Source of the DNA: Thermoproteota archaeon
GTDB taxonomy: Archaea; Thermoproteota; Nitrososphaeria; Nitrososphaerales; Nitrososphaeraceae
DNA length: 25,708 nucleotides
Reading direction: 5' to 3'
NCBI GenBank assembly: GCA_046731995.1
Contig: JBKPMB010000294.1
Location: 1-25,708 of the forward strand
Shown here: piece by piece, positions 22,442 through 25,708 of the stretch
Layout of the letters: each line of letters begins with the position of its first letter
Numbering within the stretch: the stretch's first letter is position 1
Position numbers and translations under genes: made by a program
Notes under the pieces: generated by a model
What the model was told of the DNA's origin: nothing
The model's database searches: none
The model's input: only the letters and a program-made list of their open reading frames with translations

Positions 22442-25400
22442 ATGAACTCCTATTTGGTGAATATAAAGAGATACGATTATTTAATTGCCTCAATAGGCTA
22501 TTTCCTAATAGCATTATTCATTTTAAATAGGATTTTATTTTTCTCTCCTGGTACAATTGGATTTTTTCATGACTGGCCAATAGGTCCTTATCCTGAAATG
22601 AACCGATCCTATGCAAATGGTGGCCTCTATGTTTGGAATTCCCAGGTAGGAAACATACTTTTCCCTACTGACTGGATATTTCGTCTAAGTCTTCTTCCAT
22701 TTTCGTTTCTGAATGGAGAAATTCTTACTAAAGGGATATTACTTTTGGTCATAACTCTAAGTGGGTTTGGTGCTTTTTACCTTGGAAAGCAGCTTAAGCT
22801 AAGTCCGTTTTCTTCATTTGCAGCCGGAGTTTTATTTATTTTCTCATCGATAGTATTTACAAGAATCGTAGCTGGGCATATTTATTATCTTATCTCATAT
22901 TTTCTGAGTCCATTTATAGTTGCTTTCTTTCTGAAAGGCAGAGAAGAGGTTAAGAAAAATAGACAACGGGATAAAAAGGAAGTAAATTATAAAAACTTCA
23001 AGTACTTTGTAATTGCGGGTATTTTAACATCCTTTGCAGCTATTCAGCTCCAATTTTTAGTAATGATATTTCTTGTTTTATTAGTCTTTACTGTTCTTGA
23101 CTTTGGAAGAATTAAAAAATCTGCTATAGGTCTGATAATAGTTTTTTCTATCGCATCCTTAGTTAATTTGTCTCCTATAATACCTAGCGACGCCTTATCA
23201 ACCAAGTCTTCTTTATCGCATTTTAATCCCACTACTCTTTTATCATTCGACGAGGTGACTCATGCGTCTGATTTAACAAAAAGTTTAAGATTATTAGGAT
23301 ACGAGCTTCATCCATATAGCTATACAGAGATAGGTACTTCAGATGATCATTTAATTGAGTATGATATTAAAAGAATAATGGAAAATAAACCAAATCTGGT
23401 AGCAAATCCTAATTTTGTATTAGTAGGTGGTAGTGGTAGTAGTAATAATAGTAGTAGTAACACTAGCAATAGTAGTAATAGTAATAACAATACTAGTCAA
23501 TCAAAGCTGCCTATAAATTGGACTGATCCCTCTGGAAATTGTAATCACATTTTTAAGTGTATAGTTTTTCAATTTAAAAAAACTACTGCTGGATTGCAAA
23601 ATAGTACAAATAGCTTTCAAATCTCTACAAATAAAACATCTCCTAATCAAAAAACTTGGTCATGGATTTATGGTAAAGAAATAAACGCTAATCCTGGAGA
23701 ACAATATGGAGTCATAACTCATATGAAATTAAACGAGTTTGCTATACGATCTCATATAGGCATAGCAGGATATAATGATACTTCAAAGGTGTGGATGGAA
23801 ATCATACAATGTCCTTCAGGTGGTAATGTGCAGCCAGAATGGCATGAGTACAGCTGTGCGATAACAATACCAAATGGCATTACCAAAATAAGACCAATAT
23901 TAAATGCTGGATGGTCTTCTCAGCCAGGTAAGGAAGCTATCACTTTGTTTGGTGCTATGTGGATAAGTAAGATAGACTATGCAAGTGGTATCATCCCATC
24001 ATGGATATTTTCTTTAGATTTTTTGATTCCTATAACTGGATTCTCAACTCTCATTTTTAGAAAAGACAAGTATACGCTTTCGTTTGCTATGATATCTTTG
24101 ATTGGATTATTCCTTTTGAAAGGACCTAATCCCCCGTTACAGAATATTTTTAACTTTATTTTTATTCACGGTTTTTATATTTTTAGAGAAGTTTGGCACG
24201 TCGCTTTCTTGTATGGATTTGGTATATCATTTTTAATCGTATTTTTTCTGGAGAAAATAATAACAATAACGTCTTCATTTTCTAAGCTTGGGAGTTATTC
24301 AAATATCTATAAGCATCAGAGGCATCAACATCATCATAATAATTTTTTTCATAAATTAGCATCCTCATCATTATTTTTCTTCTACTACGTAAATGATAAA
24401 CTCAAAAATTATTACAAAATTATTATATCTTCCTTTTTAATTTCTCTTATAGTAATTTCTAATGGATATCCTTTATTGCTAGGAAATTTTGGAGGATATC
24501 TGCAGACCTATGATTTTACAAAAGATTATCATACATTATATAACAATCTTCTTACAAATAGTACTTTTAATACCTTAATGCTTCCTTCGCTTGGTCCAAT
24601 TCAATATGATGGTTTAAAGTTATCAGGCCTAGATCCTTTGAGTACCTATTCTTCTAGCAACATATTCTATCAGGATTATGATGGTGTATCCTATCCACTA
24701 TTGGGTACAATTACTTGGTTACATACCGTTATGCAGGAGAACAAGACTAGCAATCTAGGAAAGTTTCTAAGTGGTTTTGGAATAAAATATGTAATTTTAA
24801 GAAAGGATTTTGTATCCAATTATCCACTTTTTACCACATTAGGAAATTACGGTCCATTTCTAAAAAGGTGGTATGCATCTCTTGAACCATTTTTGGATGC
24901 TCAAAATGATCTAACCGTGTTGTCGAATACACCCCATTATAAAATATACGAGAATAGCAATAATGCAAAAAAATTTTTTATCCCTTTAATAGCTACAAAA
25001 GGAATATATGATTATCGAAGTCTGCTTTATATCTCTAATTTTACTTCACTTTCTAACATAGCAGTATACCCATCAGATTATGGCGACAAGGCTTACACGA
25101 AATTTGATAATTCAAGGGATGAAAAATCCACCTATGATTTTGAAGATTTAGGAAAGTATGCCACATCGTACACTGCAGCTAAAGGATGGACAACCAATAG
25201 AGATTGGTTTGGATATGATTATTTATTGGCGTCCCGAGTTCACACAGGTGCATTTAGTACTGTACGCAATTCTACATTTTCATTTGATTTTCCTACTCCG
25301 CATAAATATGAAAATAAACCTATTGAAATGTGGATGAGGGTTTTGACTTGGCCCAATGGAAAGACTGTAAGCATCAGTATTAATGGAAAACAATCTCGGT

Positions 25401-25708
25401 ATTCATTATTCTCTTTATATCCCAATTTTTCTTTCATCAAGATTTTTGATGGAAGGTCCACTGATGGATTATATCATTTATCAATTACAAATATCGTAGG
25501 AAGTAATTATATCGAAGGCATTTATATGAAGGAAAAAAGTCATAGCGGAGATCGCAAAGATATAAATAACATTTTCTTGATTGACACACAGAACAAACCA
25601 AATCTGGTAGCAAATCCTAATTTTGTATTAGTAGGTGGTAGTGGTAGTAGTAATAATAGTAGTAGTAACACTAGCAATAGTAGTAATAGTAATAACAATA
25701 CTAGTCAA
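22442..25708 (+). CDS. Partial (3'-open) gene for a large polytopic membrane protein of at least 1089 aa. It looks like a GT-C-type glycosyltransferase (AftD/DUF3367-like architecture) carrying the jelly-roll module in an external loop. It is not in the supplied ORF track.
   Basis: I translated every codon from ATG 22442 to 25708 by hand and found no stop. TAG at 22436-22438 closes the frame upstream. Hydrophobic blocks lie at about 22442-23200 and 24000-24480. Soluble parts contain FHDWPIGPYPE, GNFGGYLQTYDF, MLPSLGPIQYDG, GIKYVILRKDF and HYKIYEN. The GT-C assignment is an inference from architecture. Confidence 0.85.
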   Translation, partial: MNSYLVNIKRYDYLIASIGYFLIALFILNRILFFSPGTIGFFHDWPIGPYPEMNRSYANGGLYVWNSQVGNILFPTDWIFRLSLLPFSFLNGEILTKGILLLVITLSGFGAFYLGKQLKLSPFSSFAAGVLFIFSSIVFTRIVAGHIYYLISYFLSPFIVAFFLKGREEVKKNRQRDKKEVNYKNFKYFVIAGILTSFAAIQLQFLVMIFLVLLVFTVLDFGRIKKSAIGLIIVFSIASLVNLSPIIPSDALSTKSSLSHFNPTTLLSFDEVTHASDLTKSLRLLGYELHPYSYTEIGTSDDHLIEYDIKRIMENKPNLVANPNFVLVGGSGSSNNSSSNTSNSSNSNNNTSQSKLPINWTDPSGNCNHIFKCIVFQFKKTTAGLQNSTNSFQISTNKTSPNQKTWSWIYGKEINANPGEQYGVITHMKLNEFAIRSHIGIAGYNDTSKVWMEIIQCPSGGNVQPEWHEYSCAITIPNGITKIRPILNAGWSSQPGKEAITLFGAMWISKIDYASGIIPSWIFSLDFLIPITGFSTLIFRKDKYTLSFAMISLIGLFLLKGPNPPLQNIFNFIFIHGFYIFREVWHVAFLYGFGISFLIVFFLEKIITITSSFSKLGSYSNIYKHQRHQHHHNNFFHKLASSSLFFFYYVNDKLKNYYKIIISSFLISLIVISNGYPLLLGNFGGYLQTYDFTKDYHTLYNNLLTNSTFNTLMLPSLGPIQYDGLKLSGLDPLSTYSSSNIFYQDYDGVSYPLLGTITWLHTVMQENKTSNLGKFLSGFGIKYVILRKDFVSNYPLFTTLGNYGPFLKRWYASLEPFLDAQNDLTVLSNTPHYKIYENSNNAKKFFIPLIATKGIYDYRSLLYISNFTSLSNIAVYPSDYGDKAYTKFDNSRDEKSTYDFEDLGKYATSYTAAKGWTTNRDWFGYDYLLASRVHTGAFSTVRNSTFSFDFPTPHKYENKPIEMWMRVLTWPNGKTVSISINGKQSRYSLFSLYPNFSFIKIFDGRSTDGLYHLSITNIVGSNYIEGIYMKEKSHSGDRKDINNIFLIDTQNKPNLVANPNFVLVGGSGSSNNSSSNTSNSSNSNNNTSQ
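23387..23500 (+). repeat. 114-bp perfect direct repeat, copy 1 (encodes KPNLVANPNFVLVGGSGSSNNSSSNTSNSSNSNNNTSQ)
   Basis: A character-by-character comparison with 25595-25708 shows 114/114 identity, in the same reading frame of the same ORF. Confidence 0.95.
23511..23975 (+). other. Jelly-roll / carbohydrate-binding-like module (copy in the giant membrane protein)
   Basis: LPINWTDP...TWSWIYGKEINANPGEQYGVITHMKLNEFAIRSHIGIAGYNDTSKVW...PEWHEYSCAITIPNGITKIRPILNAGWSSQPGKEAITLFGAMWISKI. The pattern (W...PG..Y....vK...........W.ey...i.iP.....ir..L) fits CBM4_9/galactose-binding-like domains. Confidence 0.8.
25595..25708 (+). repeat. 114-bp perfect direct repeat, copy 2; the window ends at its last base
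   Basis: Identical to 23387-23500. Confidence 0.95.

Noticed and set aside
13055-23975. Diversity-generating retroelement (template/variable repeat) interpretation of the two module copies
   Set aside because: The differences are spread over all four bases and are mostly synonymous, not adenine-specific. There is no reverse transcriptase gene in the window.
13055-23975. Invertible segment or shufflon bounded by the inverted module copies
   Set aside because: The two copies are inverted relative to each other and flank the core glycan genes. However, the longest perfect identity I saw is only about 14 nt and no recombinase gene is present, so homologous or site-specific inversion is unsupported.
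23387-25708. CRISPR array or IS-element termini as an explanation for the repeats (114-bp repeat, 21-bp duplications, A/B repeats)
   Set aside because: The 114-bp repeat is coding and in frame. The 21-bp units are adjacent with no spacers. No cas, transposase or integrase genes and no terminal inverted repeats were recognised.

Overview
AT-rich, archaeal-looking window. My best guess is a soil-type ammonia-oxidising thaumarchaeon. This is an inference from a multicopper-oxidase/cupredoxin fusion, BNR-repeat remnants, TATA-like boxes about 26 nt upstream of start codons (leaderless style), and Ser/Asn/Gln low-complexity inserts. No database search was possible, so all family calls rest on motifs I recognise by eye. 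The left end (1-3.4 kb) holds a CPA2-type cation/proton antiporter and a secreted two-domain multicopper oxidase fused to a C-terminal cupredoxin. The rest (about 4.7-25.7 kb) is a cell-surface glycan island. It contains three GT2 glycosyltransferases, one GT4, UDP-GlcNAc 2-epimerase (WecB), a SAM methyltransferase, an alpha/alpha-toroid-like protein, a DUF457-type membrane hydrolase, a tailspike-like beta-helix protein without a signal peptide, and a secreted GSDH-like beta-propeller. It also contains an open reading frame of at least 1089 codons (22442 to the window end) that is absent from the supplied ORF track because it has no stop in the window. That ORF looks like a GT-C-type polytopic membrane protein. 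The main finding is a jelly-roll (CBM4_9-like) module of about 150 aa that is shared between the beta-propeller and the giant membrane protein. It sits between the last two blades of the propeller and in an extracytoplasmic loop of the membrane protein. Nucleotide differences between the two copies are mostly synonymous. A perfect 114-bp repeat shows the membrane protein starts a second module copy exactly where the window ends. The island also holds many decayed genes and shuffled repeats: two terminase-like C-terminal fragments, a promoter cassette in three copies, a BNR pseudogene, and 21-bp tandem duplications. I recognised no rRNA, tRNA, CRISPR array, transposase or integrase.
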